Positions 51,032 to 63,766 are shown, counted from the first letter of the whole stretch. The stretch is DNA of 63,766 bases, filler included, from Octopus bimaculoides (GCF_001194135.2; 5 parts of 5 records of this genome joined end to end with filler, not necessarily neighbours in it); one strand, 5' to 3'. Notes: a model not told the origin generated them from the sequence alone. Numbers and translations: made by a program.

Positions 51032-51851
51032 TGTATCTAATTTAAATTGGTCACATTTGGGTCAAATATCCTGTTTTATGCTCAAACCAACCAGATTTAG
51101 CCTCTCACCCCTACCCTACAATGTCATTCTAAACACAAACAATTGCACCATCGAAATCTCATGGCTACAAGATAATGCTTGATTAATTCAAAACAATGCA
51201 AATAAATAAGCATTACATTTGACAGGCTAATCCGAATGCTAAAGGGTTAAAACTAGTCTGCAGTTTATTTTTATTATGACCCCTTATTTGGTCCTCTTGG
51301 CATGTGGGCACACACACACACACACACACCTACCTGCACAGTAATGTATGTGCTTAATAGGTTTACCAGGCCTTTAATAATATCATTTAATGTTAAATGT
51401 TGCCAGATTTATGAGACACTGCACAGGCACGCATGTAATGTATGTTAATGTATGTTTTATATGTAATGTATGTTATGTATGCAGTGTAATGTATGTAATG
51501 TTATGTACGTATGCACACACACACACATACACACACACACACACACAGACAATGATACACACACTGACAATGACACACACACATGTATTATGCTATCCTC
51601 TGTCATATGTGTACGTCAGTACAGACATGGTAGTATGGTTAGAAGTTCGTGATTTCCTAACCACATGATTTCGAGTTCAGTCCTATTGTGTAACACCTTG
51701 GGCAAGTATCATCTATTATAGACCCAAGCCAACCAAGCCCTATGAGTGGATTTGGAAGACACAAAACCGTGTAGTCATTTTGTTTCTACATATTCCAGGG
51801 GTACAGTCCAAAGAAGATCACACCCACTAAAGCTTATATATATATATATAT

Positions 51852-51951
51852 NNNNNNNNNNNNNNNNNNNNNNNNNNNNNNNNNNNNNNNNNNNNTTAAT
51901 TAATTAANNNNNNNNNNNNNNNNNNNNNNNNNNNNNNNNNNNNNNNNNNNN
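51852..51951. other. Artificial 100-bp scaffold-join spacer
   Basis: 44 N + TTAATTAATTAA (51896-51907) + 44 N. Confidence 0.9.
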
Positions 51952-52518
51952 GAGAGAGAGATAGAGAAAAGAGAAAGGTGTCTTGATAGTGAGAGGGATA
52001 GGTATAAATAAAAAAAGGTGGAAGGGAGAAAGTGGAAGTTGGTGAGCGTCAGAAGATGAAACTGCTCTAAAAACCTTGTTATTTGCAGAATTACGAAACT
52101 TCAGAATACGATGATAATAGGGGGGCGTTGTTGTTGTTATTGCTGCTGTTGGGTGAAGGTGGTATTTCGTGTGGGGGGATTGTTGTTTAGCCCTAGCCGA
52201 AATCTGGTTGTGCAGACCTATGACCATCCCAACTTTTTGTATAACATGGTGGATATTATTCAGTGTATCTTTCTTTCCACTTTTAAACACTGCAGCGATT
52301 GATTTCGGAAATGATAGCTGCTATTTCTAGCAGGATTAGCGACTGTAGCTGAGAGATTCCTTCGTCGACAATAGGGAAGGGACTTTGTGGTGTTAAAGCC
52401 CTTTTGGAATGGATTTATCGCCGTGTCTAGATATAGCAGCTAAAATGTAACCTCGCAATCAGGAAGCTTGTACGGAGTCACTCCACCAATGATTAGCAGC
52501 TACATACATGTATGTGGT

Positions 52519-52906
52519 GGAGGTCAATGGCCCAGTGGTTAGGGCAGCGGACTCGCGGTCATAGGATCGCGGTTTCGATTCCCAGACCGGGCATTGTGAG
52601 TGTTTATTGAGTGAAAACACCTAAAAGCTCCACGAGGCTCCAGCAAGGGTTGGTGGCGAACCCTGCTGTACTCGTTCACCACAGCTTTCTCTCACTCTTG
52701 CTTCCTGTTTCTGTTGTGCCTGTAATTCAAAGGGTCAGCCTTGTCACGCTGTGTCACGCTGAATATCCCAGAGAACTACGTTAAGGGTACACGTGTCTGT
52801 GGAGTGCTCAGCCACTTGCACGTTAACTTCACGAGCAGGCTGTTCCGTTGATCGGATCAACTGGAACCCTCGACGTCGTAAGCGACGGAGTGCCAACAAC
52901 AACAAC
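52519..52906 (+). mobile_element. SINE family D, full length
   Basis: Same sequence as 43042-43408, with a (CAA)n tail. Confidence 0.9.
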
Positions 52907-53049
52907 ATGTATGTATGTATGTATGTATTTTAATAAACCGCTTCTCTTCTGTCTCTCCTCCAGCCCCACGTGTGTCATGCAGCTCGTGGAAAGGTAACAT
53001 TATAAACATCCTCTGACCACATGACTCTACAGGTTCGCTCGGTGGAATT

Positions 53050-53410
53050 TGGTGAACACCGGCGTTCCAGACCCGCTGTTCGTGGACCCGCGAGCGCTGC
53101 TCCGACAACGCATTACCTGTCTCGCCCATACACAACTCCCCGAAATTCGGGCATCCAACGCAGTCGACCAAACCTCCGCCTTTGCAGGCTACATCTGCAC
53201 CTGAAAAAATCTGTCCACCACCTGTTCCAATGGATCCACCCGCATGCATGAACCGACACGGTCAACATCTGTCATCACCACACCCGGACACTGCGGATGC
53301 GTTATCCCATCTGTTCATGCCGAACTTCGCCTTTGCCAATAGTTACCTTAGGCTAAGTGGCTGCGTTCTGCCCAAGATAAACCTTTGATCAGCTGCTATG
53401 TCCACTTTGC
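53050..53410 (+). mobile_element. Possible heavily decayed Gypsy protease-RT junction
   Basis: Frameshifted scraps LFVDPR, APEKI, RYPI and LSGCVLPKINL resemble LLVDPR, RLAPEKL, DRYPIP and L-GC--FSKIDL; the matches are short. Confidence 0.4.
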
Positions 53411-54481
53411 TCCACGACCTGCAAACCCGCAGCTATCGGTGTTACTGTTAGATCAGGTTAGTGACATTTAAATTGAATATTATTCTTGTAACAAGATGGT
53501 CTTCTCAACCATGTACTTCTTTAAACATGACTTGATTGCTGATCAATATTCTTCAAGCGTGGTCGCTTCTAAGAGCTCCATAATCTCTACATATCAGAAT
53601 TTTGTGAAGTGGACATGTGAAATGGACTTTAAAAACTGTCTCATTGTAAATCCACAACCTGCATATCTGAAAATCGCCAGCACATTTAAATTAAGCCGCT
53701 TTCGAAAGTTCTTTCGTTTCTGAAACACAGTGCTAAAAAAAAAAAAAAATTAAAATAAATGAATGAAAAGAAAANNNNNNNNNNNNNNNNNNNNNNNNNN
53801 NNNNNNNNNNNNNNNNNNNNNNNNNNNNNNNNNNNNNNNNNNNNNNNNNNNNNNNNNNNNNNNNNNNNNNNNNNNNNNNNNNNNNNNNNNNNNNNNNNNN
53901 NNNNNNNNNNNNNNNNNNNNNNNNNNNNNNNNNNNNNNNNNNNNNNNNNNNNNNNNNNNNNNNNNNNNNNNNNNNNNNNNNNNNNNNNNNNNNNNNNNNN
54001 NNNNNNNNNNNNNNNNNNNNNNNAAATATATTTATCCATCAGATCTTTATTATTTGAAAAGTGGGTGAGATAACTTTTATGACGATGAGTTAACCGCACT
54101 TTATTTAATTTTAAAAGAATTGTAAGGAAGACAGTATCTTTTATATTTGCCTGATAATACATCCGTTAAAAGTGCTTAATTTCGAAGCCATTTCTTGTTT
54201 TCAAGAAAGGTTAAAAATCTGTGTTTTCTGTTATTTAGAAACAAAAAAGATATTTGATATTTGGTAATATTTGTTTAAATGCAACAAGAACTGACCTTTT
54301 AGTCAAACACCTCGCTTCTTTACGAAATAGGAAATGACCATCACATGCAGCAACATCAATATGTTTAGTTCCAATCCGTCTCAGACAACCCCCTTCTGCT
54401 AGCATACAAACTTCCTATTTTAGTGTGATCTAAATTAAAATTTTTCATCAACATATCAAGTTAATTTACGTTCTAAAAACC

Positions 54482-54935
54482 AAATTAACAAGCTTTTCTA
54501 ACATAGGCATAAGGCCTGAAATTTGGGGTGAGTGGTTAAGTCGACCACATCGACCCAGTGTTTCACTGGCTCTTAATTTATCGACAGAGAAAGGATGAAA
54601 AGTGAAGTCGACCTCGGCGGAATTTGAACTCAGAAAGTAAAGACGACGAAATGTTGCTAACCATTTTGCCCGGCATGCTAACGATTCTTCCATCTTACCA
54701 CCTTAAACACCAGACTAATAATCCTTTCTACAAAAGGCACAAAGCCTGAAATTTTGGGGGTGGGGGTAGTCGATTACATAGACCCCAGCACACAACTGGT
54801 ACTTATTTCATTGACCCCGAAAGGATGAAAAGCAAAGTCGACCTCGGCGGAATTTGAACTCAAAACGTAAAGACGGACGATATACTGCTGAGCACTTTGC
54901 CTGGCGTGCGAACGCTTTTGCTAGCTGAACGACTT
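54482..54935 (-). mobile_element. Two tandem family B SINE copies, CpGs retained
   Basis: AAGTCGACCTCGGCGGAATTTGAACTC occurs twice (~54605, ~54835). Confidence 0.88.
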
Positions 54936-55079
54936 AAGCACCAGATTAATAATGACAAAAGGTATTTTATCAAATTCATTCTTTCGAAAATCAGTTGATA
55001 TAAAAAAAAGGTGCATTTCAGCAGGATTACGTTAATAAAAGGATTAAAGTTTCCAGATTATAACCTTCCATCAAAACTA

Positions 55080-55553
55080 CCGTAAATCCTCGAGTATAAT
55101 CCGCATTTTTTCCCTAAAATTTAAAGGTCAAAATCTCTAGTGCGTACTATATACGAGGTTAAAAATGAAAAATATTTTCTAAGCAGTGTCCGAGTCTCTA
55201 TTTACTGCCCGGCAATGTTTATTCAGACTCATTTTGTGATGTAGGGCTTGTAACTGATAGTGATAAATATGTAAAGGCAATTTATTTAATATTTATTTTT
55301 CACTGACGTTATTACTGTTATTTCACAAAGTGCACAAAAAAGCTACACGTTTGCCTAATGATATATATACAATAATAATAAAGGACGTTACCGTATATAT
55401 GTTTAAAAAATCAAGAACGTTATATCGACCTCCTTGACTCATGTTAGAGAAGGGGTGCGTATTATACACAAGGTTTAGGTTTTTCAGAGATACAGCCCCC
55501 TAAAATCCCCTGCGAATTATACTCAAGGGCGGTCTATACTCGAGGATTTACGG
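55080..55553. mobile_element. pogo/Tigger-type MITE (474 bp)
   Basis: TA|CCGTAAATCCTCGAGTATA ... TATACTCGAGGATTTACGG|TA: a perfect 19-bp TIR plus TA TSD. Confidence 0.92.
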
Positions 55554-55803
55554 TATGTTAATTTATGTTGGAAACACCATTTTAATAATGACCATTAAAA
55601 ATGTGATTGAAACAACAGCAATGTGTTTCAGCAGAAATATTGTAGCAAAAGAGTTCAAGTTATTTAAATAATAATTTCCCATCAAAATTGGAGGCTAACT
55701 TATGTTCCAAACACCAGCTTTATAAGGAATTTACTTTACTCTATACCTCATTATTTTCAAAATTAATTCAAACAAATTTAATGTATTTTAATTGTAGTAT
55801 ACC

Positions 55804-56013
55804 CTTTTACTCTTTTACTTGTTTCAGTCATTTGACTGTGCCCATGCTGGAGCACCGCCTTTAGTCGAGCAAATCGACCCCAGGACTTATTCTTTGGATG
55901 CCTAGTACTTATTCGATCGGTCTCTTTTGCCGAGCCGCTAAGTTACGGGGACGCAAACACACCAACATCGGTTGTCAAGCGATGCTGGGGGACAAACAGA
56001 CACACAAACAGGT

Positions 56014-56045
<32 letters not shown>

Positions 56046-56184
56046 GCATATATACGACGGGCTTCTTTCAGTTTCTGTCTACCAAATCCACTCACAAGGC
56101 TTTGGTCGGCCCGAGGCTATAGTAGAAGACACTTGCCCAAGGTGCCACGCAGTGGGACTGAACCCGGGACCATGTGGTTGGTAA
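55804..56184 (-). mobile_element. SINE family A, near-consensus copy
   Basis: Family A backbone with CpGs intact. Confidence 0.9.
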
Positions 56185-57002
56185 ACACTAGTTTAGTAAT
56201 GACAATGGTATTTTTCTAAATTCTTCATTATTTTCAAAATAAATTGAAACCAAATCCAGTGTATTTCGGCAGGAATACGGTAACAAAACAGGGAAATCAT
56301 TTAAATAATAACTTTCCGTCGATACACCAATGTTAGTTTATGTTCCAGAAATTTGGTAACAAAAGGATTAAAGTTATCTAAATTGAAACTGTCACCTCGG
56401 CGTTCCATATTAATATCAGAGTTATGTTTCTACTTCATTATTCTCAAAATTAATTGAAACAGTGTATTTCAACGGAAATATGGTAAAAACAAAAATGGGG
56501 TTAAGATATTTTAAATTAAAACTTTCCATTTAAATTTCACGCTGTTCCAAATACCATTTTAATAATGAAAAAGTTACTTCACTGAATTTTGTATTATTTT
56601 CAAAATCATCCTTGACAAAAGCAGCGTATTTCAACAGAAATATGGTAACAAAAGGGTGGTATTTTGGCTCTAATAGAGTTTATAATATTTTTAGTTACTT
56701 CACTATTAATAGTGCAATACCCATAGACACACACATAGGCACACACGCGAGCACGAACACACAAACACACATACATATATATACATATATGTATATATTT
56801 ATGAACGAATATATACATATATTTTTATATATATATGCATTACCTATATATATGTATATATATATATTTATATATAATATATATGTATGTATATTTATAT
56901 ATAATATATATGTATATATACGTATTTATTCACATATATATGTATATGTGTGTGTATGTGTTTGTGTTTATATGTATGAATATATATATGTACATATATA
57001 TA

Positions 57003-57036
<34 letters not shown>

Positions 57037-57119
57037 ACGAGAGAGAGAATGAGAGAAAGAGAGATGGATAGAGAGATAGACACCGATAATGTTTACATTA
57101 TCAAAGCTGCTTTTAAATC

Positions 57120-57177
<58 letters not shown>

Positions 57178-58204
57178 GTGTGTGCATATGTATGCATATA
57201 TAAATGTATATATATATATATATATCGAAAGGGGTGGTGGTGTTGCGTTGTGGCGCTGATAACCATAAAAGCCTGTCTGTTGCAAGAATGGTGAAGAATT
57301 CTTTGAGTCGGTGAACAGTGTATTGATTAGTTTGATATTCACAAGCGTCCATTCTTTTTCCCATTTAGAATGTTGCAATGTGAACGGAGTTAATTAATCG
57401 CCAATCCATTTCTCACAGGTCTGCAGTAAATTAGCATTTCTAATTCATAATGGTGTCCATTCGACAAATTTCGGAACTTCACCTTACTCAGAAGTTACAT
57501 AATGCAGTGTCAAACGTTGAGAGATTTAAGTGGTTTTAAATTAAATTTTCAATTAGAGATTTAAATAGACCTTTGTGAATTGAGTCAATTTTAAGTGTGT
57601 TACCACAAGGTAATTTATTCTGCGAAGACTCTTTGAGAGTTTCGAAGGAAATATTGAATTATAAGCATGTACAATTACTGAGTACATCTTGTGATTTGAT
57701 AGAATTCTTAATTCAGATCCATAACCTTCACTACTTAGAGGTTTGCAATTAGAATATTATTTTAAATTCAGTGGTCGTAGGGCCAGAATCACTGAGGCCA
57801 CGCTGGATACAAAGAAATGTAATTTGTGAATTCATCCTTATTTTATTTTATTTGTATTGAAAGCATTTAAATACTGGTATTGATGACAGGAAAATTAGTT
57901 CCTAACCGAAATTGTTATTAGCTTTGATAGCGCTATCGAATGCTGTGTCATTGGATTCATCTGTTAGATGTTTCTAAAGGTCTCTCATTAAATGCAGTTA
58001 CGCTTCGGAGGTTAACATCCAGAAGTTTTGCTTTGTGTCATTAGATCAGTATATGAAGGGAACATTGCCAAACGACAACTATCGACTGTTCTGGTTGATT
58101 GCTTAGGCCATGGGTACAGTTCTTTACTCTAGATCAAAACGAAGGTGAAACGAGAAACAAATCGGTACAAAAGGTGACTAAAATATTATTTCATTATTCA
58201 GCAA

Positions 58205-58665
58205 CATTAAGGCTGCGAACTGGCAGAACCGTTAGCACGCTGGACAAAATGTTTAGCGATGTTTCGTTCGTCATTACGTTCTGAGTTCAAATTCCGCCGA
58301 GGTCGACTTCCTTTCGTGGATCAATAAAATAAATATCAAATTTCACCGAGGTCGACTTTGCCTTTCATCCTTTCGGGGTCAATAAATTAAGTACCAGTTG
58401 CGTGCTGGGATCGATCTAATCGACTGGCCCCTCCCCCCCAAATTTCGGGCCTTGCGCCTAGAGTAGAAAAGAGCTTTTAATCGGTTAGTTGGCGGAATGG
58501 TTACCTGATCGGACAAAGTATTTAGCAACATATTTTTGAGATCCTCATATTCTGATTTCAAATGTCGCCAGAGTCGACTTCAACTTTTTATCTTTCCAGA
58601 ATCGATAAAATACACATCAGTTGAGCACTGGGACCAATGTGATTGACCAACCTTTCTCCTCTCTA
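58205..58665 (+). mobile_element. Cluster of family B SINE copies and partial duplications
   Basis: The core ..GAGGTCGACTT occurs at ~58295 and ~58350, with a diverged third copy at ~58570. Confidence 0.8.
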
Positions 58666-58744
58666 ATATTAAGGTTGTTTTGGCGCAATGGCTATCGTAG
58701 TCGTCTGTTGGGAAAGTTTCGAGTTTCGATACTCGTAGGCCAAG

Positions 58745-59749
58745 TTTTCTTTTGTCTTTTACTTGCTTGAGTCACGAAACATTAAACTGCAACCATGTTG
58801 AAGCACCACCTTAAAGGGTTTTAGTCGAACAAATCGACCCCCGGGACTTATTCTTTGTAAGTCTAGTACTTATTCTATCGTACTCTTTTGCCGACCTGCT
58901 AAACACAACAGCATCGGTTGTCAAGTGATGGCGGNNNNNNNNNNNNNNNNNNNNNNNNNNNNNNNNNNNNNNNNNNNNNNNNNNNNNNNNNNNNNNNNNN
59001 NNNNNNNNNNNNNNNNNNNNNNNNNNNNNNNNNNNNNNNNNNNNNNNNNNNNNNNNNNNNNNNNNNNNNNNNNNNNNNNNNNNNNNNNNNNNNNNNNNNN
59101 NNNNNNNNNNNNNNNNNNNNNNNNNNNNNNNNNNNNNNNNNNNNNNNNNNNNNNNNNNNNNNNNNNNNNNNNNNNNNNNNNNNNNNNNNNNNNNNNNNNN
59201 NNNNNNNNNNNNNNNNNNNNNNNNNNNNNNNNNNNNNNNNNNNNNNNNNNNNNNNNNNNNNNNNNNNNNNNNNNNNNNNNNNNNNNNNNNNNNNNNNNNN
59301 NNNNNNNNNNNNNNNNNNNNNNNNNNNNNNNNNNNNNNNNNNNNNNNNNNNNNNNNNNNNNNNNNNNNNNNNNNNNNNNNNNNNNNNNNNNNNNNNNNNN
59401 NNNATATATATACGACGGGTTTCTTCCAGTTTCCGTCTACCAAATCCACTCATAAAGCTTTGGTCAGCCCGAGGCTATAGTAGAAGTCACTTGCCCAAGG
59501 TACGACGTAGTGGGTCTGAACCCGGAACCATGTGGCTGTGAAGCAATCTTCTAACCACACTGCCATACATGTACGGTGTGTTTCTTTCATGGGCTTCTTC
59601 TAGTTTCCGTCTATCAAATCCACTCAGTAAAAGCTTGATCGCTCTGAGGCTGTAGTAAAAGACACTAGGTCAAAGTGTCACACAGTGAAACTGAACTCAG
59701 AACCTTGTGGTTTGGAAGCCAACTTCTTACCGCACAGCCACGCCTGCGC
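58745..59749 (-). mobile_element. Family A SINE spanning the 58935-59403 gap, plus an adjacent second head (59585-59749)
   Basis: Tail half lies left of the gap and head half right of it; the gap falls at the internal microsatellite. Confidence 0.8.
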
Positions 59750-59809
59750 TTAGCCAGCAAAATTATCAAAATTACGCAATAGTAATTGGAATCAAGAATT
59801 GAAGCTTAG

Positions 59810-59993
59810 TAGTAGTAACAGCAGCAGCAGCAGTAGTAGTAGTAGTAACAGGATCGGCGGTGGTTGTGGTGGTGGTGATGGTAGTAGTAGTAACAGGATC
59901 GGTTGTGGCGATAGCGGTGGTTGTGGCGGTAGTAGTAGTAACAACTGGATCGGTGGCGGCGGCGGTGGTGGTAGTTGTAGCAATAGTAGCAGC

Positions 59994-60029
<36 letters not shown>

Positions 60030-60030
60030 T
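59810..60030. repeat. Compound trinucleotide tract (AGT/AGC/GGT) with three ~50-bp subunits containing AGTAGTAGTAAC(A)..GGATCGG
   Basis: Direct reading of the sequence. Confidence 0.9.
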
Positions 60031-60822
60031 GATGTTGTTTATTCTCCGGTCTGTCTTCACCAAGCAGATTTGTAATGAGACGCCTTCCAGCTGTGACTAT
60101 CCAATCCTTTCCTTATTTATCCAGCATGTCATCCCATTTTTGAACACAGTAGCATGTAACACGAGGGAGAGGTGTCTGCTATTTCAGGCAGGTCAAACTC
60201 TAAACATAGAACACTCACGGATAACCTGCGGCCCGCGGAACTCTCTTAATGGCACGCCTAAACGAAAAATCCCCATGTCTGTTTTTTCTTCTAGTGATGC
60301 GGTCCGCCCGATGGTGAACCATTTCTTATTCATCCGCTTCTTGAAAACGGCTGGATAAGCCTGACATAAAGATTATCTCGTTGTCACGTGTCATAGTTGT
60401 AACTCTGTGACATTGAGGTCCTGGCAGAAGACCTCTTCGCCGCTGCAACTTCCTGGTGTTAACCAATAGGGCGTAGCAGCATTTAATGTGGTATCTTTAG
60501 GGCATCTAACAGATGTGCTTCTTTGAGTAGGTGAAGGGCAATTCATATATCCTAGAACCAAGCCAATGACGTGTCGCCAATGTATTGAACTCGCCAGAGG
60601 CTTGTAGGATTGCAATCAATTTATTGTCTTTAGATAGGAAACTACATTAATAGAAAGGAAAAAAAGTAAGAAAATTTAAATGAGAAAATGAGAGAAACTT
60701 CATCAGCGCTAGCTAATTAGTTGCAACTAATGGACGCTGATTGTGGTAGTCACTATGACTACGACCAGGAAACGTTAGAGGAACAAAAACAAGAGAAATA
60801 ATTATGATTTCTTTTATTTGCC

Positions 60823-60864
<42 letters not shown>

Positions 60865-60943
60865 GTCGGACAAGTAGGTGACATTACCTGGACAAATTAT
60901 GAAAATGGTGGCTGTTCACAAAGAATCATTTGTGGAAATTGTA

Positions 60944-60947
<4 letters not shown>

Positions 60948-60977
<30 letters not shown>

Positions 60978-61050
60978 TGATGATGATAACAATAATTATA
61001 ATAATAATAATTATTATTATTATAACAACAACAGCAACAAGAATAGTAAA

Positions 61051-61091
<41 letters not shown>

Positions 61092-61100
61092 CAACAACAA
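60948..61100. repeat. (AAT)n/(AAC)n/(GAT)n compound microsatellite
   Basis: Direct reading of the sequence. Confidence 0.95.
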
Positions 61101-63089
61101 GAGCACTCAGAGAGTGCAAACCTCTGCCAAAGCAACACCAACGTCCACTCAACGATTTTTAAAACGAGAATATCTGAAATAAACTCGACTGCTCTCACAG
61201 ACGAGAATACTAAAAATGAACCTGACCGCTCTTAAAATTTAAGTAAACAAAAAAAAAAAACAGGGAAAATAATCTAATAAGCTTTTTCAAGTACGGTACT
61301 TCATTTTTCTCCCCGAATGAGTCTTCATTAGAATCTATTTTATTCTTTATTGTTTATTTGTTTTTTAGTCATTGGTCCACAACCCGAACCTACTTAAAGG
61401 GTTTAGTCAAACAAATCGACCCCAGGACGTTCTTTAAAGTCTGGTACTCTCTTTTGCCGAACGGTTTACGCTACGGAGACGTAAACAAACCGACACTAAA
61501 CACACACACACATACAGCAGGCTTCCACACAGCTTCTTATTTCTTTATTGCCCACAAGGGGTTAAACATAGAGGGGACAAACAAGGACAGACAAAGGGGT
61601 TAAGTTGATTACATCGACCCCTGTGCGTAACTGGTATTTAATTTATCGACCCCGATAGGATGAAAGGCAAAATCGCCCTCAGCGGAATTTGAACTCAGAA
61701 CATAACGGCAGACGAAATACCGTTAAGCATTTGGTCTTCCCTAGAGCAATACCAGAAGACACCCAGGGCGCCGCGCAGTGGAACTGAACTTGAAATCATG
61801 CGGTTGCAAAGCGAGCTTCTTAGCCATGTACAGCCATGCCTACGCCAAATTTGTTTGAAGATCAGATTTGATAATGTCAAACTTGGTACTCTATCGATTC
61901 TAGATGAACAGAAGTCTGACAACTTAATTTTTTTATTAACCACACAGGGTCGAAACACAGAGGAAACAACACAAGGACAGAAAAAAACACAAAAGTGGAG
62001 AAAAATAAAATCGAACGAAAAGAATGGTAATGATAAATCAAAAGGTGGAATGACCTCTACTCGAACCCCACGCTCCAGTTAACGTCATTGAACGTTTTTA
62101 GAAAAAAAAAATTGACACGTGTTATTTTCATTTCGTCTCTTTCTCCTTGTTGTGTGTTGCTTGTTTTATATACTTTGTGGACGACTGACATGCGTGAAGT
62201 GTCAGTTGGCCAGTGTCAATACAAAATTTTATATTCATTTCCTTTAAAACAATACATATTTACGGATAAATTACCACCGGATGATAATTATCGCAGAAGT
62301 TGCAAGGTAAGACATAAAATTCTTTGTCTCTCTGCAATAATTATTGTGGCATTTACCGTTAAATTAGCAGTTCCATGCTGGTGCTATTTCGTTCATTTGC
62401 TTATATTTCATAAATTTACACAGCATACAAAAATACGGACGTAATATATATTTACAATTGCTTACAAAAATAGAGATTAACGNNNNNNNNNNNNNNNNNN
62501 NNNNNNNNNNNNNNNNNNNNNNNNNNNNNNNNNNNNNNNNNNNNNNNNNNNNNNNNNNNNNNNNNNNNNNNNNNNNNNNNNNNNNNNNNNNNNNNNNNNN
62601 NNNNNNNNNNNNNNNNNNNNNNNNNNNNNNNNNNNNNNNNNNNNNNNNNNNNNNNNNNNNNNNNNNNNNNNNNNNNNNNNNNNNNNNNNNNNNNNNNNNN
62701 NNNNNNNNNNNNNNNNNNNNNNNNNNNNNNNNNNNNNNNNNNNNNNNNNNNNNNNNNNNNNNNNNNNNNNNNNNNNNNNNNNNNNNNNNNNNNNNNNNNN
62801 NNNNNNNNNNNNNNNNNNNNNNNNNNNNNNNNNNNNNNNNNNNNNNNNNNNNNNNNNNNNNNNNNNNNNNNNNNNNNNNNNNNNNNNNNNNNNNNNNNNN
62901 NNNNNNNNNNNNNNNNNNNNNNNNNNNNNNNNNNNNNNNNNNNNNNNNNNNNNNNNNNNNNNNNNNNNNNNNNNNNNNNNNNNNNNNNNNNNNNNNNNNN
63001 NNNNNNNNNNNNNNNNNNNNNNNNNNNNNNNNNNNNNNNNNNNNNNNNNNNNNNNNNNNNNNNNNNNNNNNATGCTGTAATACTTAATG

Positions 63090-63405
63090 CTGAATCATTA
63101 GAACAACGTCTAACGCCAGATTAGACAGAGGTCCAATACAATAGCTCTCAGAAATAGATCACATGCAAATTCGCTCTTCGCAACACCAGGAGCTGCTTTC
63201 AGATATGATCCATCCTATTCCTATAAAAATGATAATTCTGTACAGGATGGTGTGCTACGCTCAAATTGTCGTTTCTGCAAAGATTTCAAATTTCCAAATG
63301 AAACTAATGGTATGTGCTGCTCGGGCGGTAAGGTAAGATTGCAAGCACTACCAGCTCCCTACCGTCTCCAATTGCAACCCATTTCTAGAATGTACCCATT
63401 TACCT
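63090..63405 (+). mobile_element. Helitron Rep/helicase N-terminal cysteine-motif fragment
   Basis: Frame through 63192 reads AAFRYDPSYSYKNDNSVQDGVLRSNCRFCKDFKFPNETNGMCCSGGKVRLQAL, matching the AF-YDP...C--C-A-KF--E--GMCC--GKV-L motif of animal Helitrons. It has no ATG, so it is absent from the ORF track. Confidence 0.8.
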
Positions 63406-63620
63406 AGAATATCTCCATTACATCTCCAATCATTTAACAGTCAACCATACGACGGGTCATGTAGCGCTGACCGCCTCAAAGAAGAGTATTCCACTGAGCT
63501 TTTCGGTGGGTTACAAAATTACATACCTTCACCCCCAATTTTCCATGATAGGTTAGCACTTGGAATCCTCCAATCCTCCAATGTATTACATGTCGATTAG
63601 TCGAAGTAGACCATGCAAAG

Positions 63621-63766
63621 AGAGTTAGGGTTGTCGTGGGCGACCTGGTGGCGGAAGCACAGACATGTGCCATCCCAGGAAGGATGATACAAGACAACCT
63701 TCACCTCATTCGCTAAACCATAGAGCGGGTGGGTAAAATGCATGGCAACGGTGGGGCACTGGTGAA
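63621..63766 (+). mobile_element. Tx1/L1-clade LINE RT fragment, running off the window end
   Basis: VVGDLVAEAQTCAIPGRMIQDNLHLIR*TIERVGKMHGNGGALV matches the QTCAIPGR-I-DNL-L-R motif preceding LDQ-KAFDRV. Confidence 0.8.

Noticed and set aside
59792-60075. Ser/Gly-, Tyr/His- or Pro/Leu-rich ORFs resembling structural proteins
   Set aside because: All frames are open because of the trinucleotide repeat; there are no splice signals or non-repetitive coding context.

Overview
Repeat-dominated, AT-rich eukaryotic DNA with no intact protein-coding gene, rRNA, genuine tRNA or CRISPR array that I can support. The dense (AT)n/(CA)n/(TACA)n microsatellites and the SINE families look like Octopus (coleoid cephalopod) DNA; this is from recollection and was not checked against a database. 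Contents: (i) at least four tRNA-derived SINE or short-retroposon families (here A-D) in dozens of copies; (ii) decayed transposon coding relics: Tc1 (DD34E), mariner, Ty3/Gypsy integrase (D35E), Penelope GIY-YIG, RTE, Ingi/I-group and Tx1/L1 LINEs, and a Helitron N-terminus; (iii) several MITEs with clear TIRs and TA or TTAA target duplications; (iv) 11 ordinary N gaps plus four identical 100-bp artificial spacers (44 N + TTAATTAATTAA + 44 N) marking scaffold joins. Most listed ORFs are microsatellite or N-run artefacts. The most interesting signals are three Penelope-associated hammerhead-ribozyme-like motifs. The best one lies in a Penelope terminal repeat that also carries a tRNA-like Pol III head and has an inverted copy ~180 bp upstream. 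There is also a sharp block-wise difference in CpG decay between copies of the same SINE, suggesting that 5.6-31.8 kb and ~42-51.8 kb are methylated intronic DNA of a gene whose exons I could not identify with confidence. SINE and relic coordinates are approximate (about +/-10-20 bp); TIR, TSD, spacer and ribozyme coordinates were counted by hand.
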